Source: Calditrichia bacterium (GTDB taxonomy: Bacteria; Calditrichota; Calditrichia; JAJRVZ01). From it: a DNA stretch of 64,000 nt. The stretch spans positions 832,001-896,000 of the forward strand of contig CAWCNS010000004.1 of the NCBI GenBank assembly GCA_963796965.1. Direction: 5' to 3'. The position numbers were made by a program, and so were the translations under genes. Every line of letters begins with the position of its first letter. Positions within the stretch are counted from its first letter, which is position 1. This document shows, one piece after another, positions 27,943 through 39,599 of this stretch. A model generated the notes under the pieces. That model was not told where the DNA came from. It saw only the letters and a program-made list of their open reading frames with translations, and ran no database searches.

Positions 27943-29133
27943 ATGGCGAAGGCAAAATTTGAGCGAACAAAACCACATGTAAACGTAGGAACTATTGGTC
28001 ATGTTGATCATGGTAAGACAACCCTGACCGCAGCGATTACGTTGCTATTAAGTAAAGAGGGTTTGTCGGAGTACCGTAGTTTTGACAGTATAGATAATGC
28101 TCCAGAAGAGCGAGAGCGTGGTATAACCATTGCCACTGCCCATGTTGAGTATGAGACAGCAAACCGTCACTATGCCCATGTTGACTGTCCTGGTCACGCA
28201 GACTATGTAAAGAATATGATTACGGGTGCTGCGCAGATGGATGGAGCGATACTTGTTGTAAGTGCTGCAGATGGTCCTATGCCTCAGACACGCGAGCATA
28301 TTCTTTTAGCCCGTCAGGTAAATGTACCGAGCGTGGTTGTATTTATGAATAAAACAGACCAGGTAGATGATCCTGAGTTGATTGAGTTGGTTGAGTTGGA
28401 GTTGCGCGAACTACTCAGTTCATATGAATTTCCTGGTGATGACATTCCGATCATACAAGGTAGTGCATTAGAGGCCTTGAATAATCCGGATGATGCAGAG
28501 AAGACAAAATGTATATTTGACCTTATGGCGGCGGTAGATGATTATGTCCCGACTCCTGAGCGTGATATTGATAAGCCATTTTTGATGCCGGTTGAAGATG
28601 TTTTTAGTATAACCGGTCGTGGAACAGTTGGAACGGGCAGGATCGAGCGTGGCGTTGTTAATGTTGGTGAAGAGGTGGAGTTGGTTGGAATGGGCGCCCA
28701 TCGAAAGACAGTTGTAACGGGTGTTGAGATGTTCCGTAAGTTACTCGATCGTGGTGAGGCTGGCGATAATGTTGGTTTGTTGATGCGTGGTGTTGAGAAA
28801 AAAGAGTTAGAGCGTGGTATGGTAGCGGCCAAGCCGGGAAGCATTAATCCTCATACAAAGTTTAAGGGTGAGGTTTATGTTTTGTCAAAAGAAGAAGGTG
28901 GTCGTCACACACCATTTTTTAATGGGTATCGTCCGCAGTTTTATTTTCGTACCACGGATGTGACCGGATCAATCCAGTTGCCGGGTGGAATCGAGATGAT
29001 AATGCCGGGTGATAATGTAACGATGGAAGTAGAACTTCAGAAAGAGATCGCCATGGAGAAGGAATTGCGGTTTGCAATTCGTGAAGGTGGTCGTACGGTT
29101 GGTGCTGGTGTTGTAACAGAAATTATAGAATAG
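27943..29133 (+). CDS. tuf: Elongation factor Tu, copy 2
   Basis: Intact 396-aa EF-Tu at the end of the str operon. Confidence 0.99.
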   Translation: MAKAKFERTKPHVNVGTIGHVDHGKTTLTAAITLLLSKEGLSEYRSFDSIDNAPEERERGITIATAHVEYETANRHYAHVDCPGHADYVKNMITGAAQMDGAILVVSAADGPMPQTREHILLARQVNVPSVVVFMNKTDQVDDPELIELVELELRELLSSYEFPGDDIPIIQGSALEALNNPDDAEKTKCIFDLMAAVDDYVPTPERDIDKPFLMPVEDVFSITGRGTVGTGRIERGVVNVGEEVELVGMGAHRKTVVTGVEMFRKLLDRGEAGDNVGLLMRGVEKKELERGMVAAKPGSINPHTKFKGEVYVLSKEEGGRHTPFFNGYRPQFYFRTTDVTGSIQLPGGIEMIMPGDNVTMEVELQKEIAMEKELRFAIREGGRTVGAGVVTEIIE

Positions 29134-29136
29134 GCA

Positions 29137-29195
29137 GGGGCAGGTTCAGAACCTGCCCATACAAAATACAGGGTAGGTTTCGAACTTGCTCGTAC
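29137..29195. repeat. Pair of REP-like palindromes after tuf copy 2
   Basis: ggggcaggttcagaacctgcccatac and agggtaggtttcgaacttgctcgtac. Confidence 0.75.
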
Positions 29196-29206
29196 TGTAC
29201 AAGTAT

Positions 29207-29230
29207 GGCGGTACTCGTACCGCCTTTTTT
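29207..29230 (+). terminator. Intrinsic terminator or attenuator between tuf and rpsJ
   Basis: GGCGGTA-ctcg-TACCGCC followed by T6. Confidence 0.75.
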
Positions 29231-29254
29231 AACAAATTCTTATGGAGATTAATT

Positions 29255-29563
29255 GTGGCAGGACAAAATATTAGGATACGTTTAAAAGCATATGATCATG
29301 ATCTGATTGATAAATCAACAGATAAGATTATCAGAACAGCAAGGGCAACAGGTGCTATAATATCTGGCCCAATACCAATGCCGACCGATAGGACGGTTTA
29401 TACAGTCCTGCGTTCTCCACACGTTGATAAAAAATCGCGAGAGCAATTTGAGACACGGATTCATAAAAGATTAATTGATATTTTAAATGCAACCAATAAA
29501 ACAATTGATGCATTAATGAAACTCGAATTACCATCCGGTGTGGATGTCGAGATTAAAACTTGA
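29255..29563 (+). CDS. rpsJ: 30S ribosomal protein S10
   Basis: GTG start after [30 protein letters not shown]. Confidence 0.97.
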   Translation: MAGQNIRIRLKAYDHDLIDKSTDKIIRTARATGAIISGPIPMPTDRTVYTVLRSPHVDKKSREQFETRIHKRLIDILNATNKTIDALMKLELPSGVDVEIKT

Positions 29564-29579
29564 TTTTTTGGAGTTTGCA

Positions 29580-30200
29580 ATGAGTGGCTTATTAGGAAAA
29601 AAAATACGAATGACCCAAATTTTTGATGAAACCGGAAGATCAATTCCAGTAACTGTCATCAATGCCGGTCCCTGTTATGTTTCTCAAATAAAAACAGTAG
29701 AGAATGATGGATATAGTGCTGTTCAGATAGGATTTGGTGAATTGAAAGAGAAGCATGCGAAAAAACCTCAGATTGGTCATTTGAAGAAATCAGAATTGAA
29801 ACCGCTCAAGTATTTTCGTGAGTTTGATTTGCGGGCTGATCAGGAGATAAAAGTAGGTGATGAACTGAAAGCGGACTTTTTTGTTGAAGGTGAAGAGGTT
29901 GTGATTACTGGACTTGCGAAAGGGCGAGGTTTTCAAGGTGTTATGAAGCGACATGGTTTTAGCGGCGCAAATAAAACACATGGTCAGTCAGATAGATGGC
30001 GTGCACCTGGTTCAATCGGTCAGAGTTCTTCTCCTTCCAGAGTTTTAAAAGATATGAAGATGGCCGGTAAGATGGGTAATAATCGTGTAACGGTACCTTC
30101 TGTTGAGGTCGTTAGGGTAGATGCAGAGCGTAATCTGATTTTTGTAAAGGGTCCGGTTCCGGGTAGTGTAGATTCATTGATAGAGATAAAAAAAATATAA
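29580..30200 (+). CDS. rplC: 50S ribosomal protein L3
   Basis: GLLGKKIRMTQIF, KGRGFQGVMKRHG, RAPGSIG. Confidence 0.97.
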   Translation: MSGLLGKKIRMTQIFDETGRSIPVTVINAGPCYVSQIKTVENDGYSAVQIGFGELKEKHAKKPQIGHLKKSELKPLKYFREFDLRADQEIKVGDELKADFFVEGEEVVITGLAKGRGFQGVMKRHGFSGANKTHGQSDRWRAPGSIGQSSSPSRVLKDMKMAGKMGNNRVTVPSVEVVRVDAERNLIFVKGPVPGSVDSLIEIKKI

Positions 30201-30227
30201 ACGAATTAGTATTACAGGTTTTGATCT

Positions 30228-30857
30228 ATGAAACTTAATGTATTAAATACAAGTGGACAGCAAACAAGCCGCACGATTGAACTGGCGGAAAAGGTTTTTG
30301 GCGTAGAGCCACATGACCATTCTATATGGTTGGATGTTCGTGCGATTCGAGCTAATGGACGACAAGGCACCCATAAATCTAAGGGCAGGTCAGAAGTTAG
30401 TGGTGGTGGTAGAAAGCCATTTCGTCAAAAAGGTACCGGACGAGCCCGCCAGGGTACTATCCGTGCACCTCATCATGTTGGAGGTGGTCGCGTTTTTGGT
30501 CCAAGTCCACGTCAGTATCGTGTCGGGGTCAACAAGAAAGTTAAAAAAATTGCCCGAAGATCAGCTTTAACTTATAAAGCAAAAGACAGCCATATTGTTG
30601 TAGTTGAGAATTTTTCATTTGAAGAACCAAAAACGAAAAATATAACAGATATCCTTAAGGCATTTGAGTTGGTGGACACAAAGGTTCTTTTGTTAACATC
30701 TGAGAATGAGTCAAATATTAGTTCATCTGCTCAGAATTTGCATAAATTGGCAGTCAAGGATTCTGTTACCTTCTCCACGTATGATGTTTTATGGGCAGAA
30801 AAAGTTTTAGTTCAGGAAGGCGCGCTTACAAAAATAAATGAGGTGCTTGCGGGATGA
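30228..30857 (+). CDS. rplD: 50S ribosomal protein L4
   Basis: RQGTHKSKGRSEVSGGGRKPFRQKGTGRARQG. Confidence 0.98.
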   Translation: MKLNVLNTSGQQTSRTIELAEKVFGVEPHDHSIWLDVRAIRANGRQGTHKSKGRSEVSGGGRKPFRQKGTGRARQGTIRAPHHVGGGRVFGPSPRQYRVGVNKKVKKIARRSALTYKAKDSHIVVVENFSFEEPKTKNITDILKAFELVDTKVLLLTSENESNISSSAQNLHKLAVKDSVTFSTYDVLWAEKVLVQEGALTKINEVLAG

Positions 30858-31153
30858 AAAAAGTACAGATATTAATCCGACCCCTTTATACAGAAAAAAT
30901 TGCTCGTCTCCAGGACAGTGAAAATAAATATGCATTTGAAGTATATAATGGGGCGAACAAGATCGAAATCCGTAAGGAAGTCGAAAAGCAATTTGACGTA
31001 AAAGTGGATAAAGTACAGACCATGAATGTTCGTGGTAAAATAAGACAGCAAATGACTAAGGCTGGAAGATTTCATGGTCGACGTCCGGATTGGAAAAAGG
31101 CTATTGTAACCCTTGCAGAGGGAAATAAAATAGATTTATTTGAGAACGCATAA
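30854..31153 (+). CDS. rplW: 50S ribosomal protein L23
   Basis: RPLYTEK, ANKIEI, WKKAIVTL. Confidence 0.97.
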   Translation: MKKVQILIRPLYTEKIARLQDSENKYAFEVYNGANKIEIRKEVEKQFDVKVDKVQTMNVRGKIRQQMTKAGRFHGRRPDWKKAIVTLAEGNKIDLFENA

Positions 31154-31173
31154 TCCAGAGGATTTAAAATAAG

Positions 31174-31997
31174 ATGGGAATTAAGTCATTTAAACCAATT
31201 ACACCGGGACAGAGATATAAAACGGTTAGTACCTTTGATCAGGTTACGAAATCAGAGCCCGAAAAAAGTTTGACCAAGGGTTTACGCAAAAGTGGTGGAC
31301 GAAATAACTTTGGCGCAATTACTTCGCGGCATCGTGGCGGTGGTAATAAAAGAAAATACAGAGTAATCGATTTTAAAAGAAATAAGAGAAATATTCCGGC
31401 CAGAGTTGCATCAATTGAATATGATCCAAATCGTACTGCCCGGATTGCTTTACTGTTTTATGTTGATGGCGAGAAAAGATATATTTTGCTCCTGATGGAT
31501 TGAAGGTCAATGATATGGTTGAATCTGGGGAGAATGTCAAGATGCAGCCTGGAAATGCGTTGCCTCTTGAGAAGATACCTGTCGGTGTATCAGTTCACAA
31601 TATTGAAATACGTGAAAATAAAGGTGGTCAGTTAGCCAGAAGCGCAGGGACGGAGGTTCAGTTAATGGCGAAAGAGGGTAAATTTGCAATGTTGAAAATG
31701 CCTTCAGGTGAAGTTAGAAAAGTTCCTTTGAAATGCTATGCTACAATTGGTCAAGTCTCAAATGCAGATCATTTCAATATTTCGATCGGTAAAGCAGGCC
31801 GTTCCCGTTGGTTGGGTAGACGTCCTCATGTTCGTGGTGTTGCGATGAATCCTGTTGACCACCCTATGGGTGGAGGTGAAGGAAAGTCCTCAGGTGGCAG
31901 GCATCCTGTCTCTCCCTGGGGTCAGTTGAGCAAAGGTTTAAAAACCAGAAAGAAAAAGAAACCATCAGACGCTTTAATAGTAAAAAGGCGCAAGTAG
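31174..31997 (+). CDS. rplB: 50S ribosomal protein L2 (frameshift near 31490)
   Basis: [12 protein letters not shown] and [18 protein letters not shown] across two ORFs. Confidence 0.97.
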
Positions 31998-32006
31998 GGA
32001 GTAAGT

Positions 32007-32293
32007 ATGGCAGGTCTGTTAAAAAGGGGCCTTTTATAGATGAAAGTCTCCAAAAGAAGATTGAACAAATGAATAGCGAAAATAAAAAAGTGGTGGTTAA
32101 GACCTGGTCTCGCCGGTCTACTATTCCACCGGATTTTGTCGGGCATACTATCGCTGTTCATAATGGAATTAAATTTATCCCTATTTATATCAGTGAAAAT
32201 ATGGTAGGACATAAATTGGGTGAGTTTTCACCGACCCGTACCTTTCGCGGTCATGGTGGTAAATTAGCTGAGAGATTAAGTCGAATTAAGTAA
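32007..32293 (+). CDS. rpsS: 30S ribosomal protein S19 (indel near the start)
   Basis: [23 protein letters not shown]. Confidence 0.96.
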
Positions 32294-32310
32294 GTTATTG
32301 GAGAAGTTTC

Positions 32311-32656
32311 ATGCAGGCAATTGCAAAATCCAAATATATTAGAATGTCACGACGGAAAGTTAGTCGTGTTCTTGACCTGGTCAAGGGGATGTCCGTCAAC
32401 GAGGCATTGAATGAATTACATTTTATGCATAAAATGCGCCACAGTTCCTATTGAAAAAGCAATTCACTCGGCCGTTGCAAATTTAGGAAATATTGAAGAA
32501 GGCCAACGGATAGACCTCGAGGAAATCTTTATTGTTGAGGCTTTTGTTAATGAGGGTCCAACTCTAAAAAGATTCAGACCGATGTCGATGGGACGTGCTG
32601 GTAAAATAAGAAAACGTACTTCTCATTTAACTGTAATTGTAGAAGATAGCAAGTAG
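32311..32656 (+). CDS. rplV: 50S ribosomal protein L22 (frameshifted)
   Basis: MQAIAKSKYIRMSRRKV..., VNEGPTLKRFRP, RKRTSHLTV. Confidence 0.95.
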
Positions 32657-32665
32657 GAGATTAGT

Positions 32666-33328
32666 TTGGGTCAAAAAACAAATCCGATTGGATTGCGGTT
32701 AGGGATCATCAAAACATGGAATAGTAATTGGTTTGATGAAAAAAATTTTGCAGGGAAATTACAAGAAGATCTTAAGATCAGAAAGTATGTCAGAAGCCGT
32801 CTGGAAAACGCTGCGGTATCAAAAATAATGATTGAGCGGACAGCTAAGAAAATTATTTTGACCGTTCACACTGCTCGTCCGGGAATCGTGATAGGTAAGA
32901 GAGGTTCCGAGGTTGATAAATTACGTGAGGAATTGAAGACTATTTCCGGCAAAGATGTGCAGATCAATATATCAGAGATTAAACGTCCGGAATTAGATGC
33001 CTATCTCGTTGCGCAAAATATAGCCAAGCAATTGGAAGGAAAGATCAGTTTTCGACGGGCTATGAAAAAGTCTATTACATCAACCATGCGTTTGGGAGCA
33101 CAGGGAATAAAAATTGTATGCTCGGGACGTCTTGGTGGCGCTGAAATGGCGCGAAGAGAAGAATATAAACAAGGACGAATTCCACTTCATACCTTGCGCG
33201 CAGATATTGATTATGCAACTTATACAGCGCACACGACTTATGGATGTATTGGAGTAAAAGTGTGGATCTTTAACGGTGAAGTCATCGGAAAAGTTAATAG
33301 GAGAGTTTGTTGTTATGTTAATGCCTAA
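32666..33328 (+). CDS. rpsC: 30S ribosomal protein S3 (true stop probably near 33300)
   Basis: [38 protein letters not shown]. Confidence 0.97.
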   Translation: MGQKTNPIGLRLGIIKTWNSNWFDEKNFAGKLQEDLKIRKYVRSRLENAAVSKIMIERTAKKIILTVHTARPGIVIGKRGSEVDKLREELKTISGKDVQINISEIKRPELDAYLVAQNIAKQLEGKISFRRAMKKSITSTMRLGAQGIKIVCSGRLGGAEMARREEYKQGRIPLHTLRADIDYATYTAHTTYGCIGVKVWIFNGEVIGKVNRRVCCYVNA

Positions 33329-33720
33329 AAGAGTAAAGTATCGGAAAAAGCAACGTGGATCACATGAAGGGCAATGCCCAGAAAGGCAATTACATTGCCT
33401 TTGGTCATTATGGATTAAAGGCTCTTGATTCTGCCTGGATTACCAGTCGACAGATAGAGGCTGCCCGTGTTGCGATGACACGATATATAAAAAGAGGTGG
33501 AAAAGTTTGGATCCGAATTTTCCCTGATAAGCCGGTGACCCAAAAGCCAGCAGAAACAAGGATGGGTAAAGGAAAAGGTGCACCAGAATATTGGGTAGCT
33601 GTTGTTAAGCCCGGACGAATTATGTTTGAGATTGAAGGTGTTCCTGAGGATATGGCGAAAGAGGCTATGCGACTGGCATCGCATAAATTGCCAATAAAAA
33701 CAAAGTTTGTAGTTCGATAG
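33315..33720 (+). CDS. rplP: 50S ribosomal protein L16 (indel near 33360)
   Basis: [29 protein letters not shown]. Confidence 0.96.
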
Positions 33721-33737
33721 AGTTAGAAGGATTGATG

Positions 33738-33960
33738 ATGAAGAGCAAAGATGACATTATTGAGTTTGTCAGCGGAAGAATTGGATGCAAAGCTTATTGA
33801 ATTGCATGAAGAAATGGGGAATTTGCAATTGCAAAAGGCGACTCATCAGATTACAAATCCACTGCGAATTCGTCTTGTTCGCAGGGATATTGCACGGGTA
33901 AAGACATTAATTAGTGAGTATAAAATTGGTATCCGAAAGACAAACGTTGAAGAAAAATGA
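33738..33960 (+). CDS. rpmC: 50S ribosomal protein L29 (indel near the start)
   Basis: [17 protein letters not shown]; operon position. Confidence 0.93.
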
Positions 33961-33970
33961 TGGAAGAGAT

Positions 33971-34231
33971 ATGAAAGAAAGCCGAAGTATTAGAAAAACC
34001 AGAGTTGGCGAAGTCGTCAGTGATAAAATGGATAAATCGATCACAGTTGCTGTGAAACGAAGAGTAAAGCATCCGGTATATGGTAAATATATTTCGAAGA
34101 CGAGTAAACTCATGGCACATGATGAGAAAAATGACTGTCATGAAGGGGATACCGTCAAGATAATGGAAACCAGGCCTTTGAGCAGAAGTAAACGTTGGCG
34201 TTTGGTTGAAGTGGTTGAGAGAAAGAAATAA
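33971..34231 (+). CDS. rpsQ: 30S ribosomal protein S17
   Basis: [25 protein letters not shown]. Confidence 0.97.
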   Translation: MKESRSIRKTRVGEVVSDKMDKSITVAVKRRVKHPVYGKYISKTSKLMAHDEKNDCHEGDTVKIMETRPLSRSKRWRLVEVVERKK

Positions 34232-34255
34232 TAATTCTATCAAGGGATTTAAGAA

Positions 34256-34624
34256 ATGATACAGGAATATACCAGATTGACCGTTGCAGATAATTCAGGT
34301 GCAAAAAGTGTTATGTGTATTCGATTACTCGGCGGATCGAAGAAAAGATATGCTTCAGTTGGCGACATTATGGTTGTATCGGTAAAAAATGCGATTCCAG
34401 GGGGAGCGGTAAAAAAAGGAGAAGTTTCCCGCGCTGTAATTGTACGCACAGCAAAAGAGATCCGCAGAGAAGATGGATCGTATATCCGATTTGATGAGAA
34501 TGCAGCAGTTTTGATTGATAATCAGGATGAACCTCGTGGAACACGTATTTTTGGACCGGTGGCAAGGGAACTACGCGAGAAAGAGTTTATGAAAATTGTG
34601 TCACTGGCCCCTGAAGTATTATAA
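34256..34624 (+). CDS. rplN: 50S ribosomal protein L14
   Basis: [27 protein letters not shown]. Confidence 0.98.
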   Translation: MIQEYTRLTVADNSGAKSVMCIRLLGGSKKRYASVGDIMVVSVKNAIPGGAVKKGEVSRAVIVRTAKEIRREDGSYIRFDENAAVLIDNQDEPRGTRIFGPVARELREKEFMKIVSLAPEVL

Positions 34625-34639
34625 TGTAGGAAGGTTACA

Positions 34640-34954
34640 ATGCGCATCGTAAAAAATGATACAGTAAAAGTGTTAAGCGGAAAATATAACGGAAAAACCG
34701 GTAAAGTTTTAAAGGTGTTTCCGGATGAAGACCGCGTGATTGTTGAAGGTGTTAATATTATTAAAAAACATACCAAGCCCTCGCAAAAAAATCAGCAGGG
34801 TGGTATTGTTGAAAAGGAAGCATCAATCCACGTTTCAAACGTTATGGTTATTGATCCTAAGACAAGTGAGCCGACCAGAATTGGATATAAATATCTGGAA
34901 GATGGCTCAAAGGTGAGGATTAGTAAAAAAAGCGGTGAAATGCTGGGCAGTTAA
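34640..34954 (+). CDS. rplX: 50S ribosomal protein L24
   Basis: [21 protein letters not shown]. Confidence 0.97.
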   Translation: MRIVKNDTVKVLSGKYNGKTGKVLKVFPDEDRVIVEGVNIIKKHTKPSQKNQQGGIVEKEASIHVSNVMVIDPKTSEPTRIGYKYLEDGSKVRISKKSGEMLGS

Positions 34955-34971
34955 GGTAGAAGAGGATTTAA

Positions 34972-35523
34972 ATGGCTGATTATCAGATAAGGACAAAGGA
35001 CAAATACGAGAAAGAAGTCGTACCGCATTTGATGAAGAAATTTGGGTATAAGAATATAAATGAAGTACCTAGGTTACTGAAAATATCCCTGAATATGGGT
35101 GTGGGCGATGGAAAGCAGGATCCTAAACTCCTTGAAAATGCAATAAATGATCTTACGATCATTTCCGGTCAAAAACCGGCGAGAACCAAAGCAAAAAAAG
35201 CTATATCAAATTTTAAATTGCGTGCGGGTATGGATATTGGTTGCCGGGTGACCCTTCGAAGAAAAATGATGTTTGAGTTTTTGGATAGGTTTATTTCAAT
35301 TGCTGTACCCCGAATCAGGGATTTTAGGGGGCTAGCCGACAGTTCTTTTGACGGTAGAGGCAATTACTCCATGGGTGTAAAAGAGCAAATTATTTTTCCT
35401 GAAATTAATGTGGACAAGATTGACAGGATACAAGGTCTTGATGTAACCATCGTAACAAGTGCAAAGTCAGATGAAGAAGCATTTGAATTATTGAAATCAT
35501 TCGGAATGCCGTTTAAAAAGTAA
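34972..35523 (+). CDS. rplE: 50S ribosomal protein L5
   Basis: [26 protein letters not shown]. Confidence 0.98.
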   Translation: MADYQIRTKDKYEKEVVPHLMKKFGYKNINEVPRLLKISLNMGVGDGKQDPKLLENAINDLTIISGQKPARTKAKKAISNFKLRAGMDIGCRVTLRRKMMFEFLDRFISIAVPRIRDFRGLADSSFDGRGNYSMGVKEQIIFPEINVDKIDRIQGLDVTIVTSAKSDEEAFELLKSFGMPFKK

Positions 35524-35545
35524 GCTTAAAAGTTAGAGGTGCGAG

Positions 35546-35731
35546 TTGGCGAAGAAAAGTTTAATTGTTAAGACAAATAGAAAAAAGAAGTTTTCAGTAC
35601 GGGAGTATAGTCGTTGTAAACGATGTGGAAGGCCACGTGCTTATTTAAGAAAATTTGGTCTTTGTCGCATTTGTTTTCGCGAATTGGCCCTGTCAGGTGA
35701 AATACCCGGTATTACCAAGGCAAGCTGGTAG
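35546..35731 (+). CDS. rpsN: 30S ribosomal protein S14, type Z (zinc-binding)
   Basis: 61 aa with CKRC...CRIC. Confidence 0.97.
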   Translation: MAKKSLIVKTNRKKKFSVREYSRCKRCGRPRAYLRKFGLCRICFRELALSGEIPGITKASW

Positions 35732-35752
35732 AAAAAAAGGAGCAAATCTATA

Positions 35753-36151
35753 ATGTCTGTTAGTGATCCAATTGCAGATTATTTAACTATCATTAGAAAT
35801 GGTAGTTCTGCAGGTTTTAACTATGTCGATGTACCTGCCTCAAAAATAAAACGACAAATAACCCGTGTGCTTTATGCGCAAGGATTTGTTAAACGTTTTA
35901 TCTTGATAGAAGACGGTCTTCAGGGATTAGTTAGGATCTGGCTAAAATATGATTCAGAGGGAAAACCCATTATTAATACAATTAAGAGAGTTAGCACGCC
36001 CGGTAGAAGAGAATATGTTGACTCTAATAATCTGCCGCGGGTACGTAACAATCTGGGCATTGCAATACTGACCACGCCCAAAGGAATAATGACTTCGCAA
36101 GAGGCTGCAAGGAATAATGTTGGCGGTGAAGTACTTTGCCTGGTCTGGTAA
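35753..36151 (+). CDS. rpsH: 30S ribosomal protein S8
   Basis: DPIADYLTIIRN, RVSTPGRREY, GGEVLC. Confidence 0.97.
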   Translation: MSVSDPIADYLTIIRNGSSAGFNYVDVPASKIKRQITRVLYAQGFVKRFILIEDGLQGLVRIWLKYDSEGKPIINTIKRVSTPGRREYVDSNNLPRVRNNLGIAILTTPKGIMTSQEAARNNVGGEVLCLVW

Positions 36152-36175
36152 TTTGAAGTAAAAGGAGAAGTTAAA

Positions 36176-36712
36176 GTGTCGCGTATAGGAAAATTACCAA
36201 TAACAATACCGGATAAAGTTGAAATAAACCTTAATAACAATTTTGTGAGTTGTAAGGGCCCTAAGGGGGAATTAACCCGGCAGCTGCATCAGGAGATGAA
36301 TATTGAGGTTCAAGACAATGAGATTACGGTTACGCGTCCTACAGATAACAAAGAGCATCGAGCGTTACACGGTTTGACCCGCTCACTCTTAGCGAATATG
36401 GTAGAGGGCGTCTCTTCAGGCTTTTCCAGGAAGCTGGAAATTATAGGTGTAGGGTATAAAGCAGAAATGAATGGAAATAATCTGGTTCTCACGGTAGGGT
36501 ATTCACATCCGATAGTGATGAATTTGCCTGAGACGATAACCACGACTGTGCCAACGCCAAATGAAATAATAGTTGAAGGCGCTGATAAAGAACTTGTAGG
36601 AATGATTGCATCAAAAATCCGCGGATTTAGAAAACCAGAACCTTATAAAGGTAAAGGTATTCGATATTCCGGTGAATATGTGCGTCGGAAAGCCGGTAAA
36701 ACCGGAGCATAA
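36176..36712 (+). CDS. rplF: 50S ribosomal protein L6
   Basis: [20 protein letters not shown]. Confidence 0.98.
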   Translation: MSRIGKLPITIPDKVEINLNNNFVSCKGPKGELTRQLHQEMNIEVQDNEITVTRPTDNKEHRALHGLTRSLLANMVEGVSSGFSRKLEIIGVGYKAEMNGNNLVLTVGYSHPIVMNLPETITTTVPTPNEIIVEGADKELVGMIASKIRGFRKPEPYKGKGIRYSGEYVRRKAGKTGA

Positions 36713-36738
36713 TTAAAACCATTAAGGACAGAAGGATA

Positions 36739-37068
36739 ATGGGAAAGATAAAAGTTAAAATACATGGTACTAACCAAAGGCCACGACTGGTTGTATTCAG
36801 AAGTTTGAAATACATTTATGGTCAATTAATTGATGATGATCAGCATAAAATAATTTTGACCTCATCAAATGTTGGAAAAAAAGTGCCGAAAAATTTAAAA
36901 GATGCTAAAAATAAAATAGAAGCCAGTAAAGAGGTCGGAAAATTACTAGCAGAGTCAGCGGTGAAAAAAAAGATTGACGAAGTAGTTTTTGACCGCAATG
37001 GATATCTCTATCATGGTCGCATTAAAGCATTTGCAGATGGTGCCCGTGAAGGTGGATTAAAATTCTAA
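36739..37068 (+). CDS. rplR: 50S ribosomal protein L18 (5' end uncertain)
   Basis: RPRLVVFRS, VFDRNGYLYHGRIKAFADGAREGGL. Confidence 0.95.
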   Translation: MGKIKVKIHGTNQRPRLVVFRSLKYIYGQLIDDDQHKIILTSSNVGKKVPKNLKDAKNKIEASKEVGKLLAESAVKKKIDEVVFDRNGYLYHGRIKAFADGAREGGLKF

Positions 37069-37084
37069 ATAAAGGAGTAAAAGG

Positions 37085-37593
37085 TTGGTTGAAAAGATTA
37101 ATCCTACTGAATTAGATCTTAAAGAAAAAGTAGTCCATATAAATCGCGTGGCGAAGGTTGTAAAGGGTGGTCGGCGATTTTCATTTAATGCCATTGTTGT
37201 GGTAGGAGATGGTAGTGGTCATGTCGGTATTGGACTAGGTAAAGCGACGTGAGGTAACAGGTGCAATCGCAAAAGGTACCGAGCAAGCTAAAAAGAATGT
37301 CTACAGAGTACCCCTTAACAGGTGGCACAATACCGCATCCAGTGGTATCTAAATATGGTGCAGGGCGGGTTTTACTTAAACCAGCCTCTCCGGGAACAGG
37401 CGTAATTGCAGGTGGTCCGGTCCGTGCCATATGTGAAGCTGTAGGTATTCAGGATATTTTAACAAAATCTCTTGGCTCGTCAAATCCGCATAATGTTGTA
37501 AAAGCGACATTTAACGCATTGGTCTCATTGATGGATGCGGATCAGCAGGCAAAAAAGAGAGGTATTACTGTACCTCAGTTATTAAATGGATAA
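37085..37593 (+). CDS. rpsE: 30S ribosomal protein S5 (frameshifted)
   Basis: [42 protein letters not shown]. Confidence 0.95.
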
Positions 37594-37617
37594 ATTAACT
37601 GATCAGGATGTTTTAAA

Positions 37618-37816
37618 ATGGCGCAGAAAAAATATCAAGAAATAAAAATAACACAAATTCGTAGTACTATTCACCGACCGACCAATCAAAAAAGAACAAT
37701 TGAAGCATTGGGATTACGTCGGATGAATCATCAGTGTCATCCATGAAGCAACACCACAAATATTAGGGATGGCTAATAAAGTCAGACACTTGGTACGAGT
37801 AGAAGAAGTGAAATAG
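37618..37816 (+). CDS. rpmD: 50S ribosomal protein L30 (frameshifted)
   Basis: IKITQIRSTI...TIEALGLRRM...GMANKVRHLVRVEE; lies between rpsE and rplO. Confidence 0.9.
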
Positions 37817-37824
37817 GGGATATA

Positions 37825-38265
37825 ATGGATTTAAGTAAATTAAAGCCAGCAGATGGTGCGCGGAAAAATAGAAAACGTGTTGGACGAGGTGAAGGATCTG
37901 GCCTGGCTGTAACAGCCGGACGAGGAAATAAAGGATATGGATCCAGAGCTGGTTCAAAAAAACGGAGCTGGTTTGAAGGTGGTCAGATGCCTATCCAAAG
38001 ACGTTTGCCAAAATTTGGATTTACAAATATTCATAGAAAAGAATTTCAGGTTGTAAATGTTGCAGATCTTGAAAAACTGAAGAAAAAAGATAATATTACA
38101 CCTGAAATTCTATATGAAAATGGTCTTATTCGGAAAGAAGACGTTGCCGTAAAATTACTGGGTAATGGTGAGTTGAAATCAAAAGTCAATATTACGGTTA
38201 ATGCTGTTAGTAAAACTGCACAGGAGAAGATTGAAAAACAGGGAGGCAGTGTTACGCTATCATGA
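37825..38265 (+). CDS. rplO: 50S ribosomal protein L15
   Basis: KRVGRGEGSG, FEGGQMPIQRRLPKFGF. Confidence 0.98.
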   Translation: MDLSKLKPADGARKNRKRVGRGEGSGLAVTAGRGNKGYGSRAGSKKRSWFEGGQMPIQRRLPKFGFTNIHRKEFQVVNVADLEKLKKKDNITPEILYENGLIRKEDVAVKLLGNGELKSKVNITVNAVSKTAQEKIEKQGGSVTLS

Positions 38266-39592
38266 TATTAAACACTCTTAGAAATGTATTTAAAATCGCA
38301 GAATTAAGAAAGCGAATTCTTTTCACACTTATGATTCTTGCTATCGAGAGAATTGGTACACTGGTTGTTACACCGGGTATTGATACAGCGGTTCTGGCAG
38401 AAGGATTCAGACAATTACAAGGTACTTTGTTTGGTTTATATGATCTTTTTGCCGGTGGTGCTTTTGGCCGTGCGGCGGTTTTTGGCTTGGTATTATGCCT
38501 TATATCAGTGCCTCAATTATAATTCAGTTGCTGGGTCGGTTATTCCATTTTTTCAGAAATTGCAGAAAGAAGGTGAAGAAGGCCGAAAAAAAATCACGCA
38601 ATATACCAGATATGGAACGTTGTTTATTTCGGCAATGCAGGCATATGGTGTTGCAATCTTTTTACAAAGTATTCAATTAGCAAATGGCTTGCGTGCAGTA
38701 CCAGATCCGGGATTGGCTTTTATATTGATAACAATGATTTCAATGTCAACTGGTACAATGCTAATAATGTGGTTAGGAGAGCAAATTGATGACCGTGGTA
38801 TCGGAAATGGTATTTCACTAATAATTTTTATTGGTATTATATGCGAGCTTACCAAGTGCCTTATTGGAAGAATACACACAGTTTTCCAGTGGACAACGTG
38901 GATTATTGTCTGAGATTTTGTTGTTAGCATTGGCGCTGGGAATTATGTATGTTATTGTATTGATAACTCAGGGAACACGAAGAATACCGATTCAATATGC
39001 AAAACGAGTGGTGGGACGAAAAGTCTATGGTGGTGTAAATACACATTTTCCAATGCGAGTAAACACAGCAGGTGTAATGCCAATTATTTTTGCCCAGGCA
39101 ATTATGTTTGTTCCAAGTACAGTTATTACATTTTTCCCTGAAAGTGAATTCATGGATACCGTTCAACGTTTATTTTCTTATGATTCATGGTTCTATTGGA
39201 TTCTTTATGGTGTGATGGTTGTATTTTTTACTTATTTTTATACAGCAATCGCAATGAATCCGGTAGATGTGGCAGATAATTTGAAAAAACAAGGTGGTTT
39301 TATTCCTGGTGTTCGTCCAGGTAAAAAAACATCAGAATTTCTGGATAATATTTTAACCAGAATAACCTTGCCAGGTTCAATATTTCTAGCAATTGTGGCA
39401 ATTATTCCGGCATTTTTAGCGAAATATTTTAAAATCCCATATAGTCTGGCTTCATTTTTTGGAGGTACAGGATTGCTGATTATTGTTGGTGTGGCATTGG
39501 ATTTTCTACAGCAAATTGAATCGCATTTATTTATGCGTCACTATGATGGATTTATGAAATCTGGTAAGATTAAAGGTCGAAGAGGTCTATAA
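38262..39592 (+). CDS. secY: Preprotein translocase SecY (several frameshifts)
   Basis: MPYISASII, GIGNGISLIIF, AGVMPIIFA, FIPGVRPG, GGTGLLIIVGV spread across ORFs. Confidence 0.97.
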
Positions 39593-39599
39593 ATAACAG

